A DNA stretch of 64,000 nucleotides from Candidatus Margulisiibacteriota bacterium (GTDB lineage Bacteria > Margulisbacteria > WOR-1 > O2-12-FULL-45-9 > XYB2-FULL-48-7): contig JALOPZ010000002.1 in assembly GCA_025453605.1 (NCBI GenBank), positions 292,482-356,481 on the forward strand, read 5' to 3'. The position numbers were made by a program, and so were the translations under genes. The notes beneath the pieces are model-generated. The model was not told the origin of the DNA and did not search any database. It saw only the letters and a list, made by a program, of their open reading frames with translations. This document shows, in pieces, positions 9,765 to 22,261 of the stretch; within the stretch, counting starts at the first letter, position 1, and the number at the start of each line of letters is the position of its first letter.

Positions 9765-11261
9765 TTATTGCGCTGCCAGACTGAACGACAGCAGGAACTC
9801 TCCTCTCATTGAGCGATAGGTCGCTTCCAGATCGTAACAATGCAGGCGGAAAAGCAAAGAATAGTCTATATCCTCCGGCGACCAGTTGTCAAGAAAGTAG
9901 GACGCGTGGACCTTGCCGCCGGTCTCGCCGGTCCGGAACATAACGGTCGACTGCAGCCGGTCGGCCGCGCGGAAACGGTAGAGCTCGTAATTGAACGGGC
10001 TGGTCCCGTCGACCGTCAGGTAATGATAATAGGCGCCGGAGAGCGACAGATCGGGGGTGAATCGTTTGGTGATATCGAGCGCCAGCTGTGGTTTGACCCA
10101 GCGGGTCCCGTTGCCGTAATAGGTGGCGTTAAGCAGGAGCGACGGGGTGACGAAACCGACCGGGAACTCCTGGAAGTCGCCGTATAAACGGAGATCGTAT
10201 CCGCCGGCGGTGGTCCTGATCCCACCGTCTTCCGCGATCAGCCCCCCTTTCAGCTCCAGGTCATACTTGGCTTCCTTGCGGAGGAGTTCGCCCCGGCGGG
10301 TCCGCAGCGTCAGGCCGGGAGTAAAACTGACATGCTGGTAGTTAAGCCGCTCCCGGAACGACAGCTCGGTTTCCAGCTCGAACTGGCGGTACTTGGGGAG
10401 CGGAAAAAGTTCGAGCAGCGGTCCGCTCTGCTCGCTGACCGTGCCGCCAAAGAGCCAGTAATGGGTCAAGCCGCCAAAAAAGCCGTCCTTGGCATTGGCG
10501 TATAACCGGAGATTGCCGGTGTGCTGGTCGTTGACGATATAATTGGCCTGCGCGCCGCCGCCGAGCCCTTTATTGGCCGCGTAGCTCAAGGTGTAAGTGC
10601 CGGACAGTTCTCGGCGCAGGTGCCAGGCAAGCGTCTCGCTGATGTACGAGCCGTATTCCGGATCGCTGCCGATCGCCGGGAACGGCGGCAGGTTCTTTTG
10701 GGCGCGGGTGGAGGCGTTGAAATCGTAGATATAGGTCGGCATCGGGACAACGGGGATCCCGTCCAGCCAGAAATATCCCCAGTAAGCGACCAGCCAGCCG
10801 TATTGCGGATACAGCAGAATATCGGCGGCGGTGACGCGGTAATGCGGGTGGTCAAGGTCGCAGGTGGTGAAGTTGGCCCCGCGGACGCGCAATTCGTCAG
10901 CCGCCAGATCGATCCGGCTGCCGGCCAGTCTGACGTTCTGATAATGGAAGTCGGTGCCGGTCGCCACCCCTTCTCGCGAGACCAGGCGGTAGTCGAGCGT
11001 TTGGCCCTCGAACGTGATCCCGTTAAAAATGAGGCGGAAGCCGCGGTCAGCGTAGAAAGTTTCCGCGGAGGTGTTATAGATAACGTGGTCGCCGGTCAGG
11101 ACGATATCCTGATAGACCGCTTCGACCGAACCGGAGGCCTCGATCCGGTATTTGGCTTTTTCCACGTTGACCGTGTCGGCGTTGATGGTCAGTTCCTTGA
11201 GGAGGGAAAAGGCCGGCAGAACGAGGGCGAGGAGAAAAAGCCCGCTAAGCGACCTCTTCAT
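9765..11261 (-). CDS. lptD: LptD/OstA-like LPS-assembly outer-membrane protein
   Basis: Signal peptide; OstA-like N-terminus (INADTV, ASGSVEA, FTTCDLDHPHYRVTA); beta-strand-rich C-terminus with LHCYD motif. Confidence 0.7.
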   Translation of the reverse strand: MKRSLSGLFLLALVLPAFSLLKELTINADTVNVEKAKYRIEASGSVEAVYQDIVLTGDHVIYNTSAETFYADRGFRLIFNGITFEGQTLDYRLVSREGVATGTDFHYQNVRLAGSRIDLAADELRVRGANFTTCDLDHPHYRVTAADILLYPQYGWLVAYWGYFWLDGIPVVPMPTYIYDFNASTRAQKNLPPFPAIGSDPEYGSYISETLAWHLRRELSGTYTLSYAANKGLGGGAQANYIVNDQHTGNLRLYANAKDGFFGGLTHYWLFGGTVSEQSGPLLELFPLPKYRQFELETELSFRERLNYQHVSFTPGLTLRTRRGELLRKEAKYDLELKGGLIAEDGGIRTTAGGYDLRLYGDFQEFPVGFVTPSLLLNATYYGNGTRWVKPQLALDITKRFTPDLSLSGAYYHYLTVDGTSPFNYELYRFRAADRLQSTVMFRTGETGGKVHASYFLDNWSPEDIDYSLLFRLHCYDLEATYRSMRGEFLLSFSLAAQ

Positions 11262-12582
11262 ACCTGGTTTCTTTACTACTGAACTTGGCGATATCCTTGC
11301 GGAAAACGAGCTCGACCGTGCCGACCGGTCCGTTTCGCTGTTTGGCGATGATGATCTCGGCGACGTTCCCCCGCTCGGTCTGCGGATTGTAGTAATCTTC
11401 GCGATGGATCATCATCACCAGGTCGGCGGTCTGTTCGATCTCGCCCGATTCGCGCAGGTCGGAGAGCCGCGGGATCCGGTCGGGCCGCTGTTCCACGGCG
11501 CGGGAGAGCTGGGAGAGCGCCACGACCGGGACGTCGAGTTCGCGGGCGAGCGTTTTGAGCGAGCGGGCGATGTCGGAGATCTCCTGGACCCGGTTCTCCG
11601 ACCGCTCCCGCCCCCGCATCAGCTGGAGGTAGTCGATGATCACCAGCCCGAGCCCTTTTTCGATCTTCAGCCGCCGCGCCTTGGCCCGGATCTCGGTGGC
11701 GGTCATTGCCGAGGTGTCGTCGATAAAGAGCGGCGCTTCGGAGAGCCGGCCGAGCGCCCGGGTCAGCTTTTTCCAGCCGGTGTCGGAGAGGCTGCCGGTC
11801 TTGAGCTGCTGGGCGTTGACCTCGGCCTCGGAGCAGAGCATCCGCTGGGCGAGCTGCTCTTTGCTCATTTCCAGGGAGAAGACGGCGACCGGGATCTTGT
11901 GCTTGATCGCCACTTCCTGGGCGATATTGAGGGCAAAAGCGGTCTTACCGACCGACGGCCGGGCGGCGATGATGATCAGGTCGGAGCTCTGGAACCCGGC
12001 GGTCAGCTTATCGAGATCGGGGAATCCGGTCGTCGTCCCGGTGATCGCCTCTTTTTTGCCGTAGAGGGCGTCGATCTTATCGAGGACCTTCTTGATGACC
12101 GAATCGATCTTCTGGAACCCTTCGCGCGATCGTTTCATGGCGATATCAAAGATCGATTGTTCCGCCCGGTCAAGGACCTGGTCAACGTCATCGGGGTCGC
12201 TGAAGGCGTCGCTGACGATCCTGGTCCCCGACTCGATCAGACGCCGGAGCATCGCCTTTTCTTCGACGATCTTAGCGTAGTACTCGGCGTTGGCGGCGGT
12301 CGGGACGGAGTTAAGCAGGTCGGTGATGTAGACCGAGCCGCCGGCCTGCTCCAGTTTGCCCGATTTACGGAGCGCTTCGGTCACGGTGACCAGGTCGATC
12401 GGTTCGCCCCGGTCAAAGAGCTCGATGATCGCTTCGTAGATAAAGCGGTGGGCGTCGCGGTAAAAGCAGTTCGGCGCCATCATCTCCAGGACGCGGACGA
12501 CGGCGTTCTTATCCAGAAGCATCGCGCCGATCACCGACTGCTCGGCTGCCAGGTTCTGTGGGGGTATCTTCTCGTCTGCCAT
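11245..12582 (-). CDS. dnaB: Replicative DNA helicase DnaB (start set at MADEK)
   Basis: PPQNLAAEQSVIG, AARPSVGKT, FSLEMS, IDYLQL, LSQLSR, DLRESGEIEQTAD, KQRNGP; no intein. Confidence 0.97.
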   Translation of the reverse strand: MADEKIPPQNLAAEQSVIGAMLLDKNAVVRVLEMMAPNCFYRDAHRFIYEAIIELFDRGEPIDLVTVTEALRKSGKLEQAGGSVYITDLLNSVPTAANAEYYAKIVEEKAMLRRLIESGTRIVSDAFSDPDDVDQVLDRAEQSIFDIAMKRSREGFQKIDSVIKKVLDKIDALYGKKEAITGTTTGFPDLDKLTAGFQSSDLIIIAARPSVGKTAFALNIAQEVAIKHKIPVAVFSLEMSKEQLAQRMLCSEAEVNAQQLKTGSLSDTGWKKLTRALGRLSEAPLFIDDTSAMTATEIRAKARRLKIEKGLGLVIIDYLQLMRGRERSENRVQEISDIARSLKTLARELDVPVVALSQLSRAVEQRPDRIPRLSDLRESGEIEQTADLVMMIHREDYYNPQTERGNVAEIIIAKQRNGPVGTVELVFRKDIAKFSSKETRYEEVA

Positions 12583-12763
12583 TGGAGTGTTAATTTTAGC
12601 GTGTTTTGAGGCGGTATTCAAGGAAAAAGGAGAAAAGTATTATAAGGCCAAAAAGGAGAGATCGATTAAAGCACCTCCTCCCATTTCATGCCCATCTCTA
12701 TTCAAAAAGTTCTCTTATGAAATTGATTTTCCGGATCCAATTTATGTGCTACAAAGGAACCCA

Positions 12764-13234
12764 TTACAATGTAGTTCCATAATGAGCAGCAACATGCCGC
12801 AACTGTTTCCACCAAAAGGATTCTTCGTCACTATCATCGTAATCATAACCAAGTTCTTTTGAAAAAGTATAAAATCCGTCACCTGGCTCCTTGTCGCCGT
12901 TTTTATGAACAACAAATGCCGACAACATGCCTCTATATTCCTTCGTAGTGTCTCTGGACATTTCGCCAATTAGATACCATAAAACAGGATTATAACCCTC
13001 ACCTTCAAGAGTTATCTCGCTCTTCCCAGAATTAACAACTTGACTAAGTTCTGAGTAAGAAACGAATTTATACGGAGATTTCGATTGTATTTTATCTTCA
13101 ATGTATTTACGAACCTCAGCTAAAGCTATCTTCCATTGTCCTTCGGATATCCACTCGTCAAAATGATTATAAGTAGCTTCCCATAAATCATTCAGGTATT
13201 TTTTGTTTGCTTGGTGCTTTTTGTTTTCTACCAT
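12764..13234 (-). CDS. AT-rich hypothetical protein, winged-helix/ATL-like nucleic-acid-binding domain
   Basis: AAGGAG RBS; motif VSYSEL...LIGEMS...GMLSAFVVHK.GD.EPGDGF...FW...V..HY; low GC. Confidence 0.65.
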   Translation of the reverse strand: MVENKKHQANKKYLNDLWEATYNHFDEWISEGQWKIALAEVRKYIEDKIQSKSPYKFVSYSELSQVVNSGKSEITLEGEGYNPVLWYLIGEMSRDTTKEYRGMLSAFVVHKNGDKEPGDGFYTFSKELGYDYDDSDEESFWWKQLRHVAAHYGTTL

Positions 13235-13297
13235 AAATACATCTCCTTGTTTCCAAATGATTCAGATACATTCATTACGGTTAGATCGCCATCTTTA

Positions 13298-13366
13298 TCT
13301 CCTAAACCCCCGATATTTCGGCGGCCCGGAGGTCATGATCGGCGATCGTGTATATCCAGATATTTG
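13298..13366. repeat. Degenerate direct repeat, copy A (uvrA 3' end plus downstream leader/RBS)
   Basis: tctcct..acccccgatatttc..ggc..cggaggtca(t)gatc..ggc..cagatatttg aligns with 14194-14261. Confidence 0.65.
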
Positions 13367-14188
13367 TCATATGCTTTTGGGGCGAGGTATTTCAATGGGA
13401 TAGTCCCCAGAAATTCTAAAAAACTGTTTATTCAATCCTTTATCGTTAAATGTAATAGTATTAATAGGGCCTCCAATAGTTTGCCCTCTATCACTTTGGC
13501 GATATATCTCGGTCATCATTTGGACACTAAAAGCAGCATAGTCACCCAAATCATCTAAATTTCTAATGTAGGGGAAGTTGATGCGTCCGCTGGCTCGATG
13601 TAAATCAAAATATTCCTTCATCTTTGTCTTTAAACCAGCAAAGACCTCCCAGTCTCCATTCCGAATTTCAAACTGTATATTTTTATCAAGGAACTCTTTC
13701 TTATTTTCGCAATTGCACTGCTCCTTATGAGAGAACCACTTGTCATTTTCATGGAATTCTGGTTGGGCGATAAGCTTTCCAGTGCTCTCTTGAACAACAA
13801 TATGGAATACAGCGGGGAGTGTTCCAGACGCACTCGCTTCATAACCAGCGAGATGAAATCCTATCTCTTCTTTTTTAAAACATCTATTAAAGAATTTATT
13901 AATTCTTTCTGCAAGTTCGTTGGCCATTAATGATATTTGATCCCCCTTATATTTGTTCTCAAATTCAGCAATGAAATCACCGACAACTGTATTCATCTCA
14001 AAGAATCGTTTTTGTCCATTTTCTTCAATATCATGAGTCCATATTCCATAACAGGAAGTGCCCAAATTGAGTTTTTTGGAATATATTGTTTTGATTGCTG
14101 TATTTGCTAATGGTCTATCATAATAAATCGCGGTATCAGCTGACATCGCAATTCCATCCTTCGTGATAATGGTGCAAATTAACGTCAT
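13367..14188 (-). CDS. Proteasome-beta/HslV-like N-terminal nucleophile (Thr) hydrolase
   Basis: After Met removal: Thr1, Asp17 (TLICTIITKDGIAMSAD), Lys32, Gly47; later FHLAGY and C-terminal TIGGPI. GAGGAG RBS; low GC. Confidence 0.72.
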   Translation of the reverse strand: MTLICTIITKDGIAMSADTAIYYDRPLANTAIKTIYSKKLNLGTSCYGIWTHDIEENGQKRFFEMNTVVGDFIAEFENKYKGDQISLMANELAERINKFFNRCFKKEEIGFHLAGYEASASGTLPAVFHIVVQESTGKLIAQPEFHENDKWFSHKEQCNCENKKEFLDKNIQFEIRNGDWEVFAGLKTKMKEYFDLHRASGRINFPYIRNLDDLGDYAAFSVQMMTEIYRQSDRGQTIGGPINTITFNDKGLNKQFFRISGDYPIEIPRPKSI

Positions 14189-14193
14189 ATTCT

Positions 14194-14233
14194 TCTCCTC
14201 ACCCCCGGATATTTCATCGGCTGGTAGCGGAGG

Positions 14234-14261
<28 letters not shown>
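14194..14261. repeat. Degenerate direct repeat, copy B (native uvrA 3' end and downstream leader)
   Basis: tctcct.acccccggatatttc..ggc..cggaggtcagatcaggc..caggtacttg; includes the uvrA stop and a GCCGATGA box on the - strand. Confidence 0.65.
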
Positions 14262-17053
<2,792 letters not shown>

Positions 17054-17087
17054 TTACAGCCATTTTACCATATTTTCCTGCCGAGAT

Positions 17088-17124
17088 ATGAAAGGCTGAA
17101 ATTAAGCCGGTTAGCCGTCGAAGA
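17088..17124 (+). promoter_or_regulatory. Putative sigma28-like promoter with conserved 17-mer
   Basis: ATGAAAGGCTGAAATTA (16/17 identical to 47775-47791), then GAAA-N15-GTCGAAGA. Confidence 0.55.
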
Positions 17125-17153
17125 GAGTTTGGTTCGCTCTAAGGAGGCGTCAC

Positions 17154-18212
17154 ATGGGATTGATCACTCATTTAAGAGGTTTCTGCGCCCGAGCCTACAG
17201 CGAGCAGACGCAGGCTCGTAATCCTTTTATTAATTACCGGATCGTCCTTGACCGGTCCAAATCGCCGGTCGGGTCGATCAGGGAGGCGGCCGTCCAGAAT
17301 CTGCTGGCCCGGATCAAACTCGGACAATTGCCGGCTCCGGTCATTCTTGATCTTTTGACCCATCCCGTCCCTGCCCTGGTCGCCGCCGCGCTTGATCAGA
17401 TCGTGGAAAAAGGAGTGACGGTTGAGCCCCTGTACGAAAAACCGTTCGTCGCTGCTTTGCAGGCCAGGAGCGAGAGTGATCTCGGCCGGCTTTTAAACGT
17501 GAAGACCTTTCCGGCCAACATGCTTCCTCCCCTGTTGAAAGAAGATGCCGGCCTGGCGATCGCCGCGGCGAACATCATGATCGAGCGCGGATTACCGGTT
17601 GGCCGTCATGATGTCGAGGCGTTCATTGCCGCCTTAAAATTATTTCCCGCCGGGGCGCTCCCCGGTAGGATTAAAGCTAAAACTTTTCCGGAGAACATCC
17701 TGGTCTCCCTCCTCTGGCAAAAGGAGAATGCCTTGGTCGATGCCGCGCTTGATGGCCTGACCGCCAGGATCAAGGACCGGACCTGCCGCCCACTTTTGCT
17801 GCAGTGGGTTGAACAGCCGATGGCGGAACGATTGCTGCACCGGTTGGACTTGAAAGCGGCTGACCGCAGTTATATTTTGGACCTGGCGATTACCGTTCAT
17901 CATGAGGTCAGGCAGGGAGTTGATGGCGTTTGCCATAGCGGTTCGGCGACTTACGGACAACCGGGACATATCCAGACAAAATATACGCTGATCGATCAGA
18001 CCCGGGCGAACTTTCTGCTCGCGGAAGCGCTCAAGGCTTCCGGCGACAGTAAAAATGACTTGTTCAGCGGTTTAAGAATGTCGACCAAGCTGGGCAGGTT
18101 TTTGGTCGGCGATAAGTTCGGCAAAACAGTGGACGCCGACAGCCCCGAGCCGCAATTCAGTATCCCGCTGATCGGCAGCTATTGCCGGATCTGGACCGAC
18201 GAATTGATCTAG
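17154..18212 (+). CDS. Orphan alpha-helical repeat protein (about 60-aa repeats)
   Basis: AAGGAGG RBS; repeats delimited by KTFP ([10 protein letters not shown].../[10 protein letters not shown].../[10 protein letters not shown]...); fills the gap between uvrA and hisI. Confidence 0.75.
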   Translation: MGLITHLRGFCARAYSEQTQARNPFINYRIVLDRSKSPVGSIREAAVQNLLARIKLGQLPAPVILDLLTHPVPALVAAALDQIVEKGVTVEPLYEKPFVAALQARSESDLGRLLNVKTFPANMLPPLLKEDAGLAIAAANIMIERGLPVGRHDVEAFIAALKLFPAGALPGRIKAKTFPENILVSLLWQKENALVDAALDGLTARIKDRTCRPLLLQWVEQPMAERLLHRLDLKAADRSYILDLAITVHHEVRQGVDGVCHSGSATYGQPGHIQTKYTLIDQTRANFLLAEALKASGDSKNDLFSGLRMSTKLGRFLVGDKFGKTVDADSPEPQFSIPLIGSYCRIWTDELI

Positions 18213-18529
18213 CTCAGCTTATTGAAGAAACAGCTCCGGTTGCCGGTGTGGCAGGCGCAGTCCCCCACCTGTTCGATCTTAGCCACGATGGCGTCGCCGT
18301 CGCAGTCGTAATACAGCTCTTTCACTTTCTGGATGTGGCCCGAAGTGTCCCCCTTGTGCCAGAGGACTTTCCGCGACCGGCTCCAGTAGACCATCTCTTT
18401 GCTCTCCAGCGTTTTTTGCAGCGATTCCTGGTTCATGTAGGCGAGCATCAAGACCGTCCCATCCTTATAGTCCTGAGCGATCACCGGCACCAGTCCGTTA
18501 GCGTCAAACTTTATTTTCGACAGGTCCAT
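18209..18529 (-). CDS. hisI: Phosphoribosyl-AMP cyclohydrolase
   Basis: [36 protein letters not shown]. Confidence 0.96.
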   Translation of the reverse strand: MDLSKIKFDANGLVPVIAQDYKDGTVLMLAYMNQESLQKTLESKEMVYWSRSRKVLWHKGDTSGHIQKVKELYYDCDGDAIVAKIEQVGDCACHTGNRSCFFNKLS

Positions 18530-21500
18530 TGGCAGCTACCTTCCTTTGCACCGAGAATTCGACGTTGACCGCCCCCGCGCCGAGCATCTTCTCCAGCTGC
18601 TCGATCAGGTCGGGATTGATATCGACCCAGAGGTCGCGGTTCAGCTCCACACTCTTGCCGTCCATCCGGATCAGGACCGGATCGCCGCCGTGATGGAGGA
18701 TCAGGGCGTCCTTCATCAACTCTAACACTTTTTTATCGCCGACGTCCACCAGCTCGATCTTGAGCGAGCGGACCTTTTCCAGTTCGACCAGGGGGTCGAC
18801 CGTTTCCACCTGGACATTGAGCTCCTCGGTCCGGAAATCGCGGCTCAATTTACCTTTGACGATGACCGCCTCGTCGTTGTTGAGAAAAGGAGCGGCTTTT
18901 TCGTAGGCTTTGGGGAAGACAACGATCGGGATCGTCCCGGTCAGGTCTTCCAGGTTGCCCAGCATCATCATGTCGCCCCGTTTGGTCACGATCTTGCGGC
19001 AATCGGCCAGTAACCCGCCGACCTTGACCGGTTCGTTCTCGTTCATCTCGCCGAGATCAGCGACGTTCTGGCTGGTCTGGGCGTCGAGCGATTCGCGCAA
19101 ACGTTCCAGCGGATGGCTGGAAATGTAAAGCCCCAGCAGTTCTTTCTCCATTCTGAGCAGCTGGTCCGGGCTGAACTCAGGGACTTCATCACCAACTTCT
19201 CCCTGGGGACTGGGAACTGGGGACTGGGGGGCTAAGGCAAACAGGGCCTCCTGCCCATTCGCCCGCTCTTTTTGTTCTTTGACCACTGTCCCGATCATTT
19301 TCTCGTAGTTGGACAGCAGGTAGGCCCGCCCCCGCTCGAACGAATCAAAGGCGCCCGCCTTGATCAGGCTCTCGACGACCTTTTTGTTGACCGCCCGGGT
19401 GTCGACCCGGCGGTAGAAATCGTCGAACGACCTGAACGGGCCGTCCTTGGCCTTGCAGGCGATGATCGAGTCGATCGCCCCGATACCGACGTTCTTGATC
19501 GCCGTTAGACCGAAACGGATCCCCTCTTTGGCGACCGTGAAGTTCCGGCCGCTCTCGTTAACATCAGGCGGCAGGACCTTGAGGTTCAGCTTTTGGACCT
19601 CGGCCAGATAGAGCCGGACCTTGTCGGTGTTCCCCATGACCGAGGTCAGGAGGGCCGCCATGAACTCGGCCGGGTAATTCGCCTTGAGAAAGGCGGTCTG
19701 GTAGGAGATCAGCGCGTAGCTGGTCGAGTGCGACTTGTTAAAGCCGTAGCCGGCGAATTTTTCGCACAGGTTAAAGAGCTCGGCCGCCTTGTGCCGGGAG
19801 ACGCCGCGCTTGACCGCCCCTTCGATGAAGAACTCCTTTTGCTTGGCCATCTCTTTGACCTTTTTCTTCCCCATGGCCGAGCGGAGGACGTCGGCCTGGC
19901 CGAGCGAGTAGCCGGCGACCTTGGAGGCGATCTCCATCACCTGTTCCTGGTAGAGGATCGTCCCGTAGGTTTCCCGCAGGATCGGCTGGAGTTCAGGGAG
20001 CTCGTACTTGATCGGCACTTTCTTGTGTTTCCGTTTGACGTAATCGTCGACCATGCCGCTTTCCAGCGGGCCCGGCCGGTAGAGCGCCAGGAGAGCGATG
20101 ATCTCTTCGAAGGTGAACGGCTTCAGCTTCTTGATCAGCTCCCGCATCCCCCGGCTTTCCAGCTGGAAAACGCCGACCGTTTCGCCGGCCGACAGGAGCC
20201 GGAAAGTGTTCAGGTCGTCCATCGGCAGGTTGTTCATATCAAGTTCGATCCCCCGGTCGCGCTTGAGCAGCTCGACCGCGTGGGCGATCATCGTCAGGTT
20301 GCGCAGGCCGAGAAAGTCCATCTTGAGCAGGCCGATCTTTTCCAGGTGGTTCATCTGGTACTGGGTGACGACCGAGTTCTCGTCCAGCCGCTGCAGCGGC
20401 GCGTAGTCCATGACCGGCAGGCGCGAGATAACGACGCCGGCGGCGTGGACCGAGGCGTGGCGGACCATCCCTTCGATCCCGCGGGCGGTATCGATCAGCT
20501 GTTTGACCCGGGGATCTTTGGCGTAAGCCTCTTTGAGCTCCTTGACGCTCTCCAGCGCTTTTTTCAGGTCGATGTCGGGGCCAAAAGGGACCAGCTTGGC
20601 GATCTTGTCGACCTCCGGCAGCGGGAAGCGCTGGACCCGGCCGACGTCGCGGATGGCGCCGCGGGCCGCCATCGTCCCAAAAGTAATGATCTGAGCGACG
20701 TGGTCGGACCCGTATTTTTTGGTCACGTATTCGATCACTTCGCCGCGGCGTTCGAAGCAGAAGTCGACGTCGATATCGGGCATGGAAATGCGTTCCAGGT
20801 TGAGGAAGCGCTCAAAGATCAGGCCGTATTTCAGCGGCTCGATGTTGGTGATCGAGAGCGCGTACGAAACGATACTGCCGGCGGCCGAACCGCGCCCCGG
20901 CCCTACCTGGATCCCCTGCGCTTTGGCCCAGTTGATGAAGTCGGAGACGATCAGAAAGTAAGAGGCATAGCCCATCTTCTCGATCGTGTAGAGCTCGTAT
21001 TTGACCCGGTCGATCACCTCGGGAGGCAGCAGGGTCCCGTATTTCTGCTTGATCCCGTCCCAGACCAGCTTTTCCAGGAAAGAGTCCGGCGTCTGGCCGG
21101 CCGGCACCGCAAAGTTCGGCAGATGGAGGACGCCGGTTTCCAGCTCAAAGTTGCATTTATCGGCCACGACCGCGGTATTGGCCAGCGCCTCGGGTATGTC
21201 GCCGAACCGTTCCGCCATTTCCGCCGCCGATTTCAGATAGAAGTCGTCGCTGTCGAACTTGAGCCGCTTTTCATCGTCCAGGAAGGAGTTGGTCTGGATG
21301 CAAACCAGGACATCCTGGAGATACAGGTCTTCTTTCTTGACGCAGTGGACATCATTGGTGGCGACCAGCGGGAGCTGGTGGGTTCGGGCAAAGGCGATCA
21401 GGCGCGGTTTCAGCTCCTTAAGCTCGGCGATCCCGAGGTCCATGATCTCCAGATAAAAATCGTCACCCCATAAGCGCCGGTAAAACTGGAGCGCGGTGAC

Positions 21501-21974
21501 CGCTTTAGCTTCGTCCCCTTCCCGCAGCGCGCGGCCGATCTCGCCCTGCGAACAACCCGACAGGGCGACCAGCCCCTCATGATATTGCTCCAGCAGCTCC
21601 CGATCGATCCGCGGGCGGGAATAAAAGCCTTCGATCGAGGCGATCGAGGCCAGTTTGATCAGGTTCTTATAGCCGGTCTCGTTCTTGACCAGGAGGGTCA
21701 GGTGGTAAGGCGAGCGGTCTTCCCTGGTCTCTTTATCGTGGCGGGAGCGCGGAGCCAGGTACATTTCACAACCGATGATCGGTTTGATCCCCGCCTGTTT
21801 TGCGGCCAAATAGAACTCCACGGTCGCGTACATGTTGCCGTGGTCGGTCACGGCCACCGCCGGCATACCGAGCTCCTTAGCCCGGTCCACCAGGTCCTGG
21901 ACCCGGCAGGCGCCGTCGAGAAGGCTGTATTCGGTGTGGCAATGCAGGTGGACGAACTTATTTCCGTGAGGCAT
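18504..21974 (-). CDS. dnaE: DNA polymerase III alpha subunit
   Basis: [47 protein letters not shown]; intact, no intein. Confidence 0.98.
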   Translation of the reverse strand: MPHGNKFVHLHCHTEYSLLDGACRVQDLVDRAKELGMPAVAVTDHGNMYATVEFYLAAKQAGIKPIIGCEMYLAPRSRHDKETREDRSPYHLTLLVKNETGYKNLIKLASIASIEGFYSRPRIDRELLEQYHEGLVALSGCSQGEIGRALREGDEAKAVTALQFYRRLWGDDFYLEIMDLGIAELKELKPRLIAFARTHQLPLVATNDVHCVKKEDLYLQDVLVCIQTNSFLDDEKRLKFDSDDFYLKSAAEMAERFGDIPEALANTAVVADKCNFELETGVLHLPNFAVPAGQTPDSFLEKLVWDGIKQKYGTLLPPEVIDRVKYELYTIEKMGYASYFLIVSDFINWAKAQGIQVGPGRGSAAGSIVSYALSITNIEPLKYGLIFERFLNLERISMPDIDVDFCFERRGEVIEYVTKKYGSDHVAQIITFGTMAARGAIRDVGRVQRFPLPEVDKIAKLVPFGPDIDLKKALESVKELKEAYAKDPRVKQLIDTARGIEGMVRHASVHAAGVVISRLPVMDYAPLQRLDENSVVTQYQMNHLEKIGLLKMDFLGLRNLTMIAHAVELLKRDRGIELDMNNLPMDDLNTFRLLSAGETVGVFQLESRGMRELIKKLKPFTFEEIIALLALYRPGPLESGMVDDYVKRKHKKVPIKYELPELQPILRETYGTILYQEQVMEIASKVAGYSLGQADVLRSAMGKKKVKEMAKQKEFFIEGAVKRGVSRHKAAELFNLCEKFAGYGFNKSHSTSYALISYQTAFLKANYPAEFMAALLTSVMGNTDKVRLYLAEVQKLNLKVLPPDVNESGRNFTVAKEGIRFGLTAIKNVGIGAIDSIIACKAKDGPFRSFDDFYRRVDTRAVNKKVVESLIKAGAFDSFERGRAYLLSNYEKMIGTVVKEQKERANGQEALFALAPQSPVPSPQGEVGDEVPEFSPDQLLRMEKELLGLYISSHPLERLRESLDAQTSQNVADLGEMNENEPVKVGGLLADCRKIVTKRGDMMMLGNLEDLTGTIPIVVFPKAYEKAAPFLNNDEAVIVKGKLSRDFRTEELNVQVETVDPLVELEKVRSLKIELVDVGDKKVLELMKDALILHHGGDPVLIRMDGKSVELNRDLWVDINPDLIEQLEKMLGAGAVNVEFSVQRKVAANGPVENKV
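19203..19230. repeat. Heptamer tandem repeat (CTGGGGA)x4, STRR1-like, inside dnaE
   Basis: ctgggga ctgggaa ctgggga ctggggg; encodes PQSPVPSPQ. Confidence 0.8.
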
Positions 21975-21995
21975 ACCGACCCATTATAACAAAAC

Positions 21996-22029
21996 CAGGC
22001 CGGGTCTCACAATCGTTTGACCCGGCCTG
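21996..22029 (-). terminator. Intrinsic terminator downstream of the DUF5679 gene
   Basis: 11-bp inverted repeat caggccgggtc/gacccggcctg followed by a short T run on the - strand. Confidence 0.65.
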
Positions 22030-22057
22030 AGTTTAAACGTTTAAACTTATCGAAAAA

Positions 22058-22204
22058 CTATCCGCCGATCTTGAACATCTTGGTCCCGCAATGCGGGCAT
22101 TCACCCTTCGTTGCCTTGCGGCCGTTCTTCATCGTAACCGGCTTCGGGCTCTTCATTTCAGTTTTCTTTTTGCATTTTACGCAATAACCTTTGACTTCCG
22201 CCAT
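22058..22204 (-). CDS. Small basic zinc-ribbon protein (DUF5679-like), 48 aa; not in the ORF track
   Basis: MAEVKGYCVKCKKKTEMKSPKPVTMKNGRKATKGECPHCGTKMFKIGG; GAGAGGAGG RBS. Confidence 0.88.
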   Translation of the reverse strand: MAEVKGYCVKCKKKTEMKSPKPVTMKNGRKATKGECPHCGTKMFKIGG

Positions 22205-22230
22205 TCTCGCACCTCCTCTCATCTGAACTG

Positions 22231-22259
22231 ATTGTACGACCGGGCCAGCGGACTGTCAA
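22231..22259 (-). promoter_or_regulatory. Near-consensus sigma70 promoter for the DUF5679 gene
   Basis: TTGACA-N17-TACAAT on the - strand. Confidence 0.8.
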
Positions 22260-22261
22260 GC

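Noticed and set aside
12587-13930. Short alternative ORFs in the AT-rich islet (12587-12862, 12742-12969, 13211-13558, 13630-13842 etc.)
   Set aside because: They overlap the two better-supported - strand genes and show no recognisable motifs.
22031-22046. Perfect palindrome GTTTAAACGTTTAAAC
   Set aside because: Only one occurrence was noticed, in a 3' UTR next to a terminator; no function can be supported.
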